Shown here in pieces: positions 25,731 through 39,424 of a DNA stretch of 63,576 nt. Within the stretch, counting starts at the first letter, position 1, and each line of letters opens with the position of its first letter. Under the pieces are notes generated by a model. That model searched no databases. It worked only from the letters and a program-made list of their open reading frames with translations, and was not told the origin of the DNA. A program made the translations under genes and the position numbers. Source of the stretch: Octopus bimaculoides (taxonomy: Eukaryota); NCBI RefSeq assembly GCF_001194135.2, contig NC_068982.1, forward strand, positions 90,222,496-90,286,071, read 5' to 3'.

Positions 25731-25870
25731 GAAGAGAGAGAGAGAGAGAGAGAGAGAGTACTCTCAGAAAACATAATAAAACAACCCATGACATAACAGC
25801 TTGTATCTAGTGCAAAAAACATAGCTCCATAATCGAAATTATGCAGCATCATACAGAAGACCACACATAT

Positions 25871-26177
25871 AAAGTGCACGGCTCAGTGGTTAGAGAGTTG
25901 GACTCACAATTATGAGGTTGTAAGTACGATTCCCGGACCTGGCTTTGCGTTGCGTTCTTGAACGAGACACAATTTTACGTTGCTCCAGCTCACTTAGCTG
26001 TAGAAATGAGCTGCGACGTCACTTGTGCCAAGCTATATCAGCCTTTGTGCTTCCCTTGGACAACATCGATGACGTGGAGATGGGAGACTGGCATGTGTGG
26101 GCAACTACTGTGCCTCGGAGGGGAACTTTCTAGGCGCAATTCCATGGTCATTCATGACCGAAGGAGGTCTTTTTTTT
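25871..26177 (+). mobile_element. SINE family B, near full length
   Basis: GGCTCAGTGGTTAGAG A box, GTACGATTCCC B-box-like, TTGCGTTCTTGAACGAGACAC body, tail CCATGGTCATTCATGACCGAAGGAGGTCTTTT; colinear with 63186-63500. Confidence 0.88.
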
Positions 26178-26363
26178 AGAGAACACAAAGAAACAAATTA
26201 CAGCAAATAGAAAAGACATAACAAACATCCAACTAGAATACAAAATTATAGTAAAGACCATAAAGGTTCCATGAATACATTCAACCAAATACACAGTCAC
26301 AAAAACAAAAATAATAAAATACAATAAACTACACTCTTAACTTCATGATTAATAACGATAAGA

Positions 26364-26582
26364 ATCATCTTTTCTAGTATAGGCACAAGGCCTGAAATTT
26401 GTAGGGAGAGGAGCACTCGATTACATCGACCCTAATGTTGAACTGGTACTGATTTTATCGACCTAAAGGGATGAAAGGACAAGTCGACTTCGACGGAATT
26501 TGAAATCGGAACATATAGAGGGACGAAATACTGCTAGGTATTTCCTCCAGCGAATTAACGAGTCTGCCAGCTCCCCGCCTTA
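26364..26582 (-). mobile_element. SINE family A
   Basis: Reverse complement of the family A head, body and tail (GGCACAAGGCCTGAAATTT...CTGCCAGCTC). Confidence 0.85.
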
Positions 26583-26901
26583 ACAAGAAACAGGATGATG
26601 ACACATATCAGTGCAGGTCAATAACAGCCAACTTTGAAGAGAATCTCACAGAATCAATAAACAAACTGAAAAGGAACATATGCAAAATCGATCAAAATGA
26701 ATCAACGGAAACACCTGTTAAAACTATACACGAACAATCAATTATATAAAAAAAGATATTAATGCAACAAGAACCTCCATAAAATTCTGCCCACCAAAGG
26801 AAAAAGTTACTTATGTGACTGCTTCTTTCAGTAAAATGATTGTTTCAATTTTGTTTTATTACGGGGGTGTCATTATGCCAATAATAAACTCACGCTGGTT
26901 C

Positions 26902-26938
<37 letters not shown>

Positions 26939-27227
26939 GTTGTTGTTGTTGTTGTTGCTGTTGTTGTTGTTGTTGTTATGGCCACCATACTCTGAAGTGC
27001 GGGAATTTGGAACTCCGTAAGTTGAAATAGTATTTGTAATCTTTTCGGCATTCTAAAGCCCGGTGTTTTCCTTTTATTGTTACCATTGCATTTCGGAAAT
27101 TGTCTGAACTACGCAGATAGTATTTTTGTGTAGAAACGCCCTCTGTTTTGCAGTGGGTGCGCATTAATATTTTTTTAATCTTAACAATTTTCGGAAAAAA
27201 TAATATTTTGCTGTTTTCATTATTTAG

Positions 27228-27440
27228 TTAAAGATGGCTGATAAAGAAGCCATTATAATGTTCGGCACAGGAACGCGTTCTTCGTCCGAGAAAAATGGGA
27301 GCAAAAATGTAGAGTGACTTAAACTTAATGATGTCACCGAGGCAAAAACTGCTTCGTCTCGAAGAAACGTCAAAACTTTCGTTGACGACAACGACAACAA
27401 CAGCAAATGCAACAACAGCAGCAGCAACAATTCTGAAAAG
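27228..27440 (+). other. Candidate exon (213 nt), coding status unresolved
   Basis: TTTTCATTATTTAG acceptor and strong AAG|GTAAGG donor. Frame 0 is open except for one TGA (27315-27317). An alternative ATG at 27328 gives MMSPRQKLLRLEETSKLSLTTTTTTANATTAAATILK. Confidence 0.4.
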
Positions 27441-27594
27441 GTAAGGCTTAAAAACACAAATATTACCATTGCTACCGCCGCCAAAACCACATTTTTTTAA
27501 CATTCCATCATATGTAAGTCCCCGCACTTTATGCTTGTCTTGGTATTGTTCCTCTCATCCTTCGCCCTGGTGGCAAATAAAAGAAATCATCATC

Positions 27595-27633
<39 letters not shown>

Positions 27634-29399
27634 TTTGTTGTTGTTGTTGTTGTTGAACCAGTTAACTAGATAACTAGTCGTTTGCTGATGAATTATTCGG
27701 GTAATCAATCAACCAGCTACATTCGTCGAAGTCCTTTCGTCACGAATGGCGACGAATTGGTGTGCTCTTTGTACTCCAGGTCTGTCTCCAGAGTGTTTAT
27801 TTTTTATGAGTACAATGGTAAAAGAAGTGAAATAGAAGCAGTTCGTATTCTTTTATTCTTTTTTATTCTTTTATGTTTATTATTGTTATAATGCTCCGCC
27901 CATGATACAATAATTTTGAACAAACATTGAAATATGAATAAAAAATCAGACAACATTTCACATGAGGACACAGCTACATTAACGTGAAGTCAAACCAAAC
28001 CTGGAACGACATTATTCATCAATAAAATGCATTGTATCAGAAGAAGCGAAAGAAATATACATACGCACTGCAGGCAAGGCTCACCATAATCATCAAGAAA
28101 CTCGCCAAGAGAACTGCAAGCAACTTGAAAGCTATTGTTATTCATACGATCCAAAATTTTATGACCTGATCATTTTACCAATATCTATATTTGTATCAGC
28201 AACATTCAAAGAACTGTAAGCAGGCAGGAATAATCATCCCAAGGCTGCCGGAAAGGAAAACAGCATGAAAGCCTTGATCCAATACTAGGCATCCAGAAAC
28301 GATAAAAAGATAATCGCTTGTTTTCCCACAGCATTCAAAGCATCAACGTCCATACTCTATGGGATGAATGATTCCTCAGCTCAATAGCAATACCGTATTG
28401 CTAGAGGAAGAGAAAGGATCCCAAAAAGTCATGTATGTTTTAAGAAGCAAACAGGTGAACCAGGTTTATATAGAAGAATGCAAAAGCAAAAAAACACCCC
28501 AGCTTACATGATCAGGATTGGTTACCTAAAAATATTTGATAGTATATCACACGATATATCACACGTCGTATAAAGAAAGCTGTTTCCATACTAGTAAGAT
28601 GTATTGACCACACCACGACAAAATTGAACACACACATACATACATACTTATATATATATACACACACATACACACACATATATATGTGTGTGCGTGTGTG
28701 TGCGTGTGTGCGCGCGTGCTTATGTATATGTACATATGCAAATATATGTATGTATGTGTGTATGTGTGTGTGTGTGTATTTATGTGTGTAAACGTGTATA
28801 TGTGTATACTTCTGTCGAAATAGAAAACAACTGTATCGCATCAAGGCAGAGAGAAGATAATGAAACGAAGACCAATCCTAGTATTTTAAGAAGAGAAATC
28901 TAAGAAGGAGACATATAATCCTTTCTAATCTTCTACCTAGCTTTGTCTCTGTTAACAAATTCTTTGAATAAAACCACCAATTGTTATAGAAGCTACAAAT
29001 AAACTATCTTATCTGTTAGGATGACTTAGAAACATCTATACAGGCTGACATCTATACAGGCCGACACTCAGAAAACTTATTCCAAATCCTTCATAAATTC
29101 GGCCAAGACAAATATTATGTATGTAATGTCACAATTATAGCAAAGATTCGACAAGTAAATGCCAATTAAAAATTGGAATACTACAGAAAAACCTGACTTA
29201 TATTTTAAAAGAATACCGTGCTACAAATAAGATGAAACATTTAAATATACAAACAATTCTAGTTAGAATACAGCTTCAGCATAAGCTAGATATTAAATTA
29301 ACTGAAAAACATACAAAAGATACCAGAAAACTATAAATGACGTTTCTAAGATAAAAAGAAATAAAAACGAAATTCCAGTGAAATTCCAACGAAACGGTA

Positions 29400-29900
29400 G
29401 AAAAATCTACTCCATGGCCAATACAGCGAAAGAGTAGAGAGAAAGGAAGTTAGGACAGCGTGGGAGATAACAATGGCTTCGTAGCTCTGCGTTAAACACA
29501 GAAACGGAAGATCTGATTTTAACTCAATAAAACCAATGTCTAACCTCAAATAATATAGAATAATGTATATAACCAAGTGCAGGTTAAATAGTCAATACAT
29601 CATTTCCGACTATCTAGTCCTTACAAAGTCTTGATATGGCAATTCCAGTGGTGTTAGTTGCTATATCTATTATACATCATGTTTATACGGTTACAAAGTT
29701 GTACGATGATGTACCAAATACGAAACTTGATAATGAGCGGGCCACGAGCGTCTGGAACCTACGGCACTAGATCAACAAGAAGAAAAAGACAAGCAATTCA
29801 GATATACTTATCAAGAACTACAACGAACCTGCATGTAATCTGATACACAAGCGGGTTCTTTCATCCCGAAATATTGCAGGAAGCTTCCGTTGCTGCCACT
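29400..29900 (+). mobile_element. Decayed R4/Dong-like LINE, C-terminal part (may extend left to about 27950)
   Basis: LLHGQYSER, QWLRSSALNTETEDLILTQ, KCRL, and DNERATSVWN...NSDILIKNYNEPACNLI (REL domain). Confidence 0.7.
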
Positions 29901-30316
29901 TCTGCAGCAGCAACTAATGTACGTCGTATTTATTAGAAATCCATTCATTGCGATTTCAGAGCAGTATCTGCAATAATAAATCTATTGTATATTTTCCCAT
30001 CCTACTTATTATTCAGCTCTCATTCGTACATCTCTATTCGAAAGAACTGAAATCGTGGCATAGTATGCAGAATCTCTAAATAACGGTGTTGTGTTAATGT
30101 CGGATTTACCACGTAAAGAAATCCATAAATTGCAAATTGCAATGAAATGCTAATTCCGATTGCCAAGATTATCCGAGAACTATGCCACGTAACGATAATT
30201 CCTTAATTTGAAATGAAGACTTCTTAGAACCCTAATATACGTGTGTACATGTATGCATGCCTGTATGTATATATACACATATGTCTCTGCATATATGTGT
30301 GTGTATGCATATGTAT

Positions 30317-30360
<44 letters not shown>

Positions 30361-30405
30361 ACAGACACACAAACACACGCACACACACACACACACAAAC
30401 ACACA

Positions 30406-30473
<68 letters not shown>

Positions 30474-31977
30474 GTTTTAGAGAAAAGAACCAAAGTTCAT
30501 GAACTCGTTCATGAAAATCCACAGAATATGGGAGTTTAGTTCGTAGGTGATCTAAACGGTTAGGTACGATAGGTAAGTGCTGTAACGTATTACTGGTGGT
30601 CTAATGTTATAGCCGAGACGGCAGATATGGAGCCATTGCAGATTTCCGATATAGCGGATATATAAGTGTTAAAGAGGACAACAAATGTTAAGGTAAGGCA
30701 AACATCTGAAGTCATATACGTTATTATTATTGGAAAAAAAATCAGTCTTACACCTGTTTCTGAGATATCCCACAGTATGGAATATTCCGTCATCGGAAAG
30801 AAATAGGGAAAATGAGAAGGGTCTAGATTAAGGAAATGACAACACAGGACAGGAGTAATGGAAGAAGGCGATGTTGAACTGTGAACTTTTATGTTTCGTT
30901 TTTCTTCTTTTTCTTCATCTCCCTGTTCCTTTTTCTCCTGTCCTCTATGCCGTCATTTGGGATACTCTGGGATATCCCAGAAACAGCTGTAAGACTTTGA
31001 ATTTTTTCCAGTAATAATAATGTATAAGACTTGAGATGTTTGCCTTAGCGTTTGTTGTCTTCCTTAACAAATATATATATATATATATATATATACCAAT
31101 TAAAATGAGAGATCAGTGTGCCGGCCATCAAAATAAAACCAATTATTACTTAGTGTAGCGAATAGTCTAGAATAAGATTTCCAGTCAAAATCACTCTAGA
31201 ATAACATGTCTAAGTTCAGTTATCATAATGCTTTTGAGAAATAAATGCGTGTCACTGTTTCTCATTTCCCTCTACCACTCGTTTCACTGTAACACCATAT
31301 ATCAACAGTCTTGAGCCTATGAAAGAAATCAATGATTTTAGTTTCCGAACGTAGACCACATACAATGTTAGAAATTACTCAAGAAAGATTTATCCTCCTA
31401 GCAAGGAAATTCTAATTCTTACGACGCATATTAACGCTATATTTCGTGATGAAAAGATTAATAATGCAGGTTGTTTAAAGGTAGTTTCAATCAGATGAAA
31501 TAGAAGAAGAAGAGAAAAAATAAAGATTTCTGCATCTCATCCCAAATCTACGAATCCTACGAGTACACTGCTGCATAGTTACGGTGAGATCGTAATTATA
31601 CACACCATGTGACTGAACCAATCGATTTATCGATCTGAATCTAGTCAGCGTGGAATTTTGTTAAAACACGTAGATTTGGTTTATTAACACGATAGATTTG
31701 ATCTCAGCAAAATCGGTCAAACGTGAAGAAATGCCGGATTGGTTATTGCGTTATTTAGTTTCACTGGAGACAATATATGCACTACAAAGATCTTAGATTG
31801 ACAATTAACTAATTAGTAATAGCTTTCTTGATTATTCATCAACATAATAATGCTTGACACATTTTTATGCTTGCGTACAAACTTGTTAATTAAACTAATA
31901 TGCACACTCGCATACAGTTTACATATTTAAAGGGGCAAACACGAACACATCATATTACACGGCACATCGCCCCCGTT

Positions 31978-32029
<52 letters not shown>

Positions 32030-33114
32030 GGGAGGGAGAGAAAGAGAGCTGAGACAGATATAGAATGAAGGAAAGAAAAAGACAGATAGAAACAAGGAGA
32101 GAAGGGAGAGGGAGAAATGGAGAGAAAGAGAGAGAGAAAAATCATGTTATAATTATCGTATTTTGGAGATATATCGAAGCTTTTAATTAGGCACAAAATT
32201 CTATAATTATGAAGTGAATAAGTGGCATTTTGCATGGTTCATGCTTTCACTAGATTATGATGTGAACCGAAATAGTTTAAAGTTGGGTGGTTCTGTGGGG
32301 GAGTGATGAGGACAATGGTGTCGATAATGTTGATGCTGATGATTACGGTGTAGGTGGTGCTGAAGTTATTGCCATTGGCTGTGATGCTGTTGTTGTTGTT
32401 GATTATTTTAATTCTGAAGGAATTATCGTTGTCGCCATCGTTGTTTTTGTTGGTGGTGGAGTCTAGCCTTGGCTACATACTAATGGGGCAGACGTAGAAT
32501 CAAAGCGTGTTGCAGTCGTAATTATCTTGTCTGTCGGCGTATATGTAAGACCATATTATCTCCTATGTCCTTTACATTATATAACGTTATGAGATTATTT
32601 GTGGGAGACTTGACTACTATTAGCCACAAAACATAGGCTTCTTCTTTGACTGGAAGGTATTGTCTATATAAATGCTTGCTGGGATGATATGGGGACGAAT
32701 TGACAGAATCGTGAATGCATCAGAAAAAATTCTTTGCGGTGCTTATTCTGTCTTTTTTTTTTTTAACGTCCTGAGTCGAAATCCTGTCAAGGTGAAATGT
32801 GTTGCTCATCCCTTTAGAGTCGAAGAAATAGTGCTCGATTCAAATAATAAGGTAGATTTAGCCGAGTAGCAATCTCGACTAACACGGTACAGAAGATACA
32901 CAAGTGCCCCGATCAACTGGTACCCACAGGACAACAATGAAAGCTGAATTGACGAGTACAATGCTATCACGTCAGTATTTTCTATCTGTAATGCTGTATA
33001 CTACTGCTAATACAATACACACTCATTTTCTCATGCACAAACGCATTTTATTATCCGTTCACTCAGATACAGTAATAAACAGAAAAGAATATAGTATCAA
33101 TGCTAAGGAATGAT

Positions 33115-33118
33115 TGTA

Positions 33119-33150
<32 letters not shown>

Positions 33151-33300
33151 CGACGACAACGACAATGATCATGATGATGATAATGATGAGGATGTCGATG
33201 ATAATGATGCTGATGATAATGACAACGACAAAGATTATAGGAGCAATGTTGGTGGTGATTATAATAGGAGTAAGATGATGATGACGACGACTTATGATAG
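33115..33300. repeat. Degenerate (GAT/GAC)n array
   Basis: Direct reading; source of the poly-D ORF. Confidence 0.95.
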
Positions 33301-33529
33301 ATGTTGCAGAAATGTTTCTTTGGTTTAGAGTGAAATAGTTATATGACTGGTCAACAGGATGTTTGTTTATTTCTTTAATGAAATTTCTTTACAGCAAGCT
33401 TCGACTAAATGATAATAAGGATGTTTCACATTCGTCATGGAAACTTTGTTATCGTTTGATTCGACACCAAGGAATTACTAGTATTCATATTATTGACAGC
33501 ATTAGAACATAAATAATGTAATGAGGGGA

Positions 33530-33720
33530 ACTGACGAAGGAGCCTACAACTGTTTTCATACCGGACTGGACAGTACGTTCTGTTCGGGCAAAACACTTCA
33601 GGTTACCCCAGTCCTCTCAGCAGTGAATGTGAAGGACTGGCGTCTCGTTTAGTGGGGAGCGCAATCTCTGTCACTTATACGCTACAGAAACTGGGTAACT
33701 CGCCATATGAGACTTAGAAC
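33530..33720 (+). mobile_element. SINE family B, diverged
   Basis: TTCTGTTCGGGCAAAACACTT...CAGTCCTCTCAGCAGT...GGACTGGCGTCTCGTT...GCTACAGAAACTGGGTAA. Confidence 0.6.
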
Positions 33721-34025
33721 TTTACATTTTACTCTCAGAGATCACCCGATCCACAAGAAAAAGCTTCCACATTACCTTATCGCCTTGAAAATGTGCGAAA
33801 ATATTGGATAATGTTTCAGGTACGTTATGCTCGTAGGAAGATCAGGAATGCATTGGTTATAATCGACAAGTCATAACTTATTTCGTGATGAAGAACAAGA
33901 ATTATTAACAAGAGGGAGGAATGTCATTAATACACACACACACATGTGCATACATACATAGACAGGTAAAAACTGATGAAGGGGAAGGAAGATAGATTGG
34001 CATATGTCCATTAGTCCCATTAATT

Positions 34026-34076
<51 letters not shown>

Positions 34077-34089
34077 GTAAATCCAAGCA

Positions 34090-34265
34090 TGAACAAACAA
34101 GAAAAGAAAACAACACGAGGACGTGGAATAAGTACAGGAAAGGAATGGAAAGAAAGAGAATTTCACGTTTCGAAGTGGAACTCTTCATCAGAAATATATA
34201 GAAAAAGTCCGAAGAAAGGAAGGCGGAGAAACAAAATCGCCAACGATATACACGCGGTCACATTT
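34090..34265 (-). repeat. Dispersed repeat with hammerhead-like core (PLE pLTR-like)
   Basis: Minus strand CTGATGA-A-GAGTTCCACTTC-GAAACG (34165-34191); related to 46170-46320. Confidence 0.55.
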
Positions 34266-34540
34266 CGAAGACGACGTGTGAGCTTTCAGCTTTTTGACGA
34301 ACGACCGACTCAAATGATTTGCTTATCGTGATCAAACGTTGGTGCCGCACATCAGCTCACTCTCTTCATCAAATCGCTACGGTGAATCAGTGGGAGTAAA
34401 AGAGAAAGAGAGAGCTGAGTATGATTGATTCAAACCTGGCATATTACTGACACTTAATTTTATTTAAACCCGGAGTGTAAACAGCCAAAGTCAACTGTAC
34501 TTATGTTCGAATATTCGAATACAGAATATAAAAGGACATA

Positions 34541-34854
34541 ACTCCCACAGGAGATAGTGTTCTATATTGCATTTCTGCCATTTTATTGGTCCTCTGTTTC
34601 GTCTCCTGCCCCATAAGAGTTGAGAGTAAACAGCCAGACTCGTTATTTTTACAGTATTCCCTCTATTTATATCAACAGATTTTCACACACACACACATAC
34701 ACACACACACACACTCATACATACACTCCCGTAAGAGATAGTGTTCTATATTGTATATCTATCGTTGCAATGGACCTCTGCCCCATAAGAGCTGAGGAGA
34801 AACAGCCCGACTGTTATTTTTACAGTATTCCCTCTAATTATATGAACAGATTTT
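34541..34854. repeat. Local tandem duplication (about 185-bp period) separated by (CA)n
   Basis: GAGATAGTGTTCTATATTG...CCCATAAGAG...AAACAGCC...TTATTTTTACAGTATTCCCTCTA...AACAGATTTT occurs twice. Confidence 0.9.
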
Positions 34855-35035
34855 TAATGCATTGTGGCATCTATTTTCGACCACATAACTGAGACTAAAA
34901 TACCTATACTATGGACACAGTGTAACCGAAGTGTTAGTAACAAAAATACGAACCAGTATCACATAGCACATTTTTCCCAACTTCTGTGATCATACAAGCA
35001 GATATTAAGGCAAAGGAAATATTCGATCACACGCA

Positions 35036-35085
<50 letters not shown>

Positions 35086-36929
35086 TACACACACACATAC
35101 ACACACACTCACTTCTATATCATGGCACTCGATACATTCCATTATAAATTGTCTCATTTAAGTATTTTTGCTTCGTCGTATCATTGTATCGTCCAAATGG
35201 ATTAGCTTTTCTCGTCATAAAAGCAAACATTTAACGTTTTTCCTGTTTTTCTATGTTTTTTGAAGAGAAAAATCTCAAAATATTTCACAACGCTGAACGG
35301 CCACAAATAGTGAAATATAAAATGTTAGAGAAATATTTAATTGTAGACTACTTGAAATCTTTACAAAATAACCTCTATTGATATAGCCGAAAATAAACAC
35401 GAATCAATAACGACCAAATTACAACATGCTTTATTCATCAACACACGGCTCCGGTATATTTTATTATAAAATCTATTCACTTATTAAGGGGTTTATTTTC
35501 GATTTTAATCTCATCTGACCTACACTCCTCCCGTTCTCACTCGCTTCCTCTCTCTCTTTCTCTCTCTGTCTCTCTCTCTGTCTCTCTCTGTCTCTCTGTC
35601 TCTCTCTCTGTCTCTCTCTCTGTCTCTCCCTCTCCCTCTCTTTGTATGTATGCATGTGTGCGTATATCAATGTTTACATGTATGTATGTCTCTATATACT
35701 ATGAAATATCATATTTTATATATATTGTTATCCCTTTTTCTAGTTAATTTTCCCCCTCCTTTCCTTTGTATTTGTGTTCCTTTATTCTTTACGTATCGCT
35801 TTCTCAACTTTGTTTTTACTTTCTCCTCGCCTATTTCTCTGTTATCTCATAAAAATTTATAAAAAAATTAATGAAAAAATTATGGGTTAATGAAAAGAAT
35901 TATGTGGCATAAAAGGGGCAGATATAGAATGAACATCTTGGTAGTATTACATTAACTAATCTAGATCGAAATTTTCATCGCCCATGTTAAAACCATTGTA
36001 CGAACCATGCCAGGATAGCCGAAATATATTCGTATTTTGTCGAAATGTAGGCTAGTCTTCGTACAAGGAATTAAACTGACCCCAATTTAAAGAATGTGGT
36101 AGCATTTGGATTGGCGTTTTTAGAATGGTGTGCTGTCAAAGGTAATGGCCTGCAGGGGTCGTTAGAGTGTCGGAAAAAATGTCTTGCATTGTATGTTCCG
36201 ATGCTTTTACACTGTGAGTGGAAATACCACCGGAGTATTTGATCCTTTTGTGCTCGATAAAATAAAATACATATCAAGAACTAATGTCGATGTTATCAAC
36301 TAACTTTCTATTCACAAAATTGCTGATCTTCTGCCTAAATTAGAAACCATTGTCATTGCTTCAAATTCAACCGAGGCGTACTTTGCCTTTCATCCTTTTG
36401 GGGGTTGATAAAATAAGGTACCAGTGGAGCACTGGGATGGATGTAATTGACTTACCTTTACCCCTTCATTTGCTGGCCTTTTGCCATAATTATTATTGCT
36501 GTTGCTCTTCTTTTATTCTTTATTTTAATGTAGAGGATATAAAATTGTATAGAATCCAGAGTATTAAGTGAAAAAAGAAGTAATGTCACTTAGTCCATTT
36601 CGCCTGTTCCACATTTCGCTTTCGTTTCACACGTGAAATATGCCAATTATCTAAAGAATAGAAAATATACGTGGTTCGAGAAATGGCTAATAACTCAAGG
36701 CGAGTTTGAAATTGTATTTCAATCATGAGTTTTCTAATGACGCTTTATGCAAGTAACTATACTCTACTTTTAAATTTTTTCTTTTGGACCCGAGGACTCA
36801 TAAAGCCGGTTGCCCAGTTTCCAAAGCATAAGTATGATCAAGGTCACATTCCCTCTGAACAGGAAACCGGTTCTTTGTACGTTCAACCTAGCAATTTTGA
36901 GAAGAGGACAATTCGTTTACATTGAACTC

Positions 36930-37072
36930 AATACTTGATTGGTGCATTATTTTATCGACCTCGAAGGAATGAACAAGCTTGACCTCAGTGGTATCTGAAC
37001 TCGCATTGTAAGGAGCCAGTAGAAATGCCGCTCAGCATTGTGTCCGACGCAATAACGATTGTGCCATCTCGC
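36930..37072 (-). mobile_element. SINE family A 5' part, abutting a family-B-like tail fragment (36785-36925)
   Basis: TTTTATCGACCTCGAAGGAATGAA...TCTGAACTC...GAAATGCCGCTCAGCATT...GTGCCATCTCGC. Confidence 0.7.
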
Positions 37073-38317
37073 TGATTTATTACACTCTATTACTTACTCT
37101 TATTTTATTGATCCTCGAAGATTTAGAAACATCGGCCACGGATTTTAAGCACATATCCTACTTGGCATGAAACATGATTTTATAGGATATTCAGTTCAAT
37201 CCTATCAGTGCTGCCAGCTCATCAGGACTTCTATAGGCATTTATATAAATAGAGATAGATAAATGTCTTGCTTCTTTTCTTGTGCTAAAACTTTACTAAA
37301 TCGCTCATTGCTTGTAGTAGTTTGAACCACATCCGATTTAACCAAGATGGAGTACCTCATCCTCAATTGAATTACACAAGAAGTAATAACAATGTCTTTA
37401 AATAATAGTTCCTTTCTATACTTAATCGAAAGTTGCTTTGACCTTTATGAGCTTTTATCGAAATACTACGCTTGTATCAATCGACTGATGGAATGTTTCT
37501 CACATGAAAATATTACTCGCATGCTCGCATGAGTGCGTACACTGTTTAATTAGAAACAGTTAAATTACAAATGATTATCATTGAGCAGGTATTCTATAAA
37601 ACAGGTCAGTCAAAACAGTTTAATCAGTATTACTATAAAGTTATTTTCGTAATTCAAGCCAAAATACGAACACGACCCCATGATGATCTTCTCATGAACT
37701 ACATACCCGTATTTATGTATTTACAATAACTATTTGCTGGTTTATCTAGTAATCATTTTCCAGAGAGTTGCTTGCAAATTGATGTAACGATTTTTGTACG
37801 ATGAAATTATATGACACTTCATAGATCATAGAAATTAATCAATATAAGAATGCATTTCTTGGTTTGTCGAAAACAGATTTTGATGTTATAACCTGTGTTA
37901 ACAACGGAAGAATAACAATTTGATCTTGTGGAGCCTCATTCAAAATTTATGCAATCTGAGCTACATACTATATAGTAGAGAGTCTCTTTCTCTCCTTGTC
38001 ATTCACAGTTTATATATCAGACGGCATTCAGAATAAATTATCCAATAGTGTGGACTCTTCAAAGGTTTGCAAGAAACATTATTGTAACACACGAATTTGC
38101 TTTCAAGACTATCTATCCCTAAAATTGACTTATATAGCTGCATACAGAATTATATAGTATTTATGTACGACAGTCTTACATATATTAAATTACCATTGTG
38201 ACAAGCACATCAATAGAAGAAAGCGATCTTCTAGAAAATTCTGTCTGTTACAAATATTTTGATCTCTTGTTGATAGGAATATGCGCACTGCAATTTCCGC
38301 TTATTGTAAACTCGCTT

Positions 38318-38414
38318 TTCTTCTTCTTCTTCTTCTTCTTCTTCTTTTTCTTCTTCTTCTTCTTCTTCTTCTTCTTCTTCTTCTTCTTCTTCTTCTTCTT
38401 CTTCTTCTTCTTTT
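38318..38414. repeat. (CTT)n microsatellite
   Basis: Direct reading; source of the poly-F and poly-E ORFs. Confidence 0.97.
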
Positions 38415-39165
38415 CCTACCGCCATTGTGTTAGCCACAACGAAGGACGTCACACAAATCCCCTTTATAAAGGATTTGCAGGATTTGTAGAATTGTTCTAT
38501 CTTTATATATCTTACAAATCTATTAATATCTGGTGTCGCTGCACTTCATAAGAAAAGTATGGACCAAAGTGTTTACACATTCATCCAGTCTTAATGTTCA
38601 TGTAGCGCCAAAATGATTGGCTGGGGATTATCGGTCAGAGTTTTCATACTTGAACTACAGCAGCTTAAGACCATTTAATCAAACTCCGTACTCGTCATGT
38701 AGTATATATATATATATTGTCAGTTCAACCAAGTGTTTTGCAACACGAAAGCCTTAGTGTTCGAAGTCGAAGTTACTTCTTCCCACTCAAACGATCAGTG
38801 GTTATGAAAATTACATAAAGCCCTGTACTATAGAGGAAAGGATATGAAAATTCCATAGGAATGTGAGAGGAACGTTCGAGTAACTATACGTCAAAGAAGC
38901 ATACATCCTTCAGGATGAATTACCAATCATAATATATATTTGTGTTATAAGTTGTACTCATATAGGTAATACGGAATGTGCCACCAACCGATCTACTCTA
39001 CAAAGTGATAACGGTTCATTTCGGCGTCATTTGACGTATGAGAGCAGTTATGGTCTAGAAATATCACAAAAGCGTTATACCTAATACTCTTATTATGTTG
39101 ATCAGCCGATTAAGAATCTGTGTGAATGTATCTATGACAGACAGACAGACGGACAGACAGACAGG

Positions 39166-39217
<52 letters not shown>

Positions 39218-39424
39218 AAGGTCTCTGTATTTGTCATGTTATATATAATTGCAATCCATCATTAACCTGAAGGATTATCAAATAAATTTTAGGCGATTAT
39301 ATTTTATATATTACGTTGAAAAGGTTTATACTTTCAGATTGTTCCCCTTCATGCGATGATGATATACTTTGGTTGTTTATGGCTTAGTATAGTCTTTGCT
39401 TTTTATCAGAAGGTGGGGCAGCAA

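Noticed and set aside
30613-30692. Exon candidate ending AAG|GTAAGG
   Set aside because: Weak pyrimidine tract and stop codons in all three frames; it could only be non-coding.
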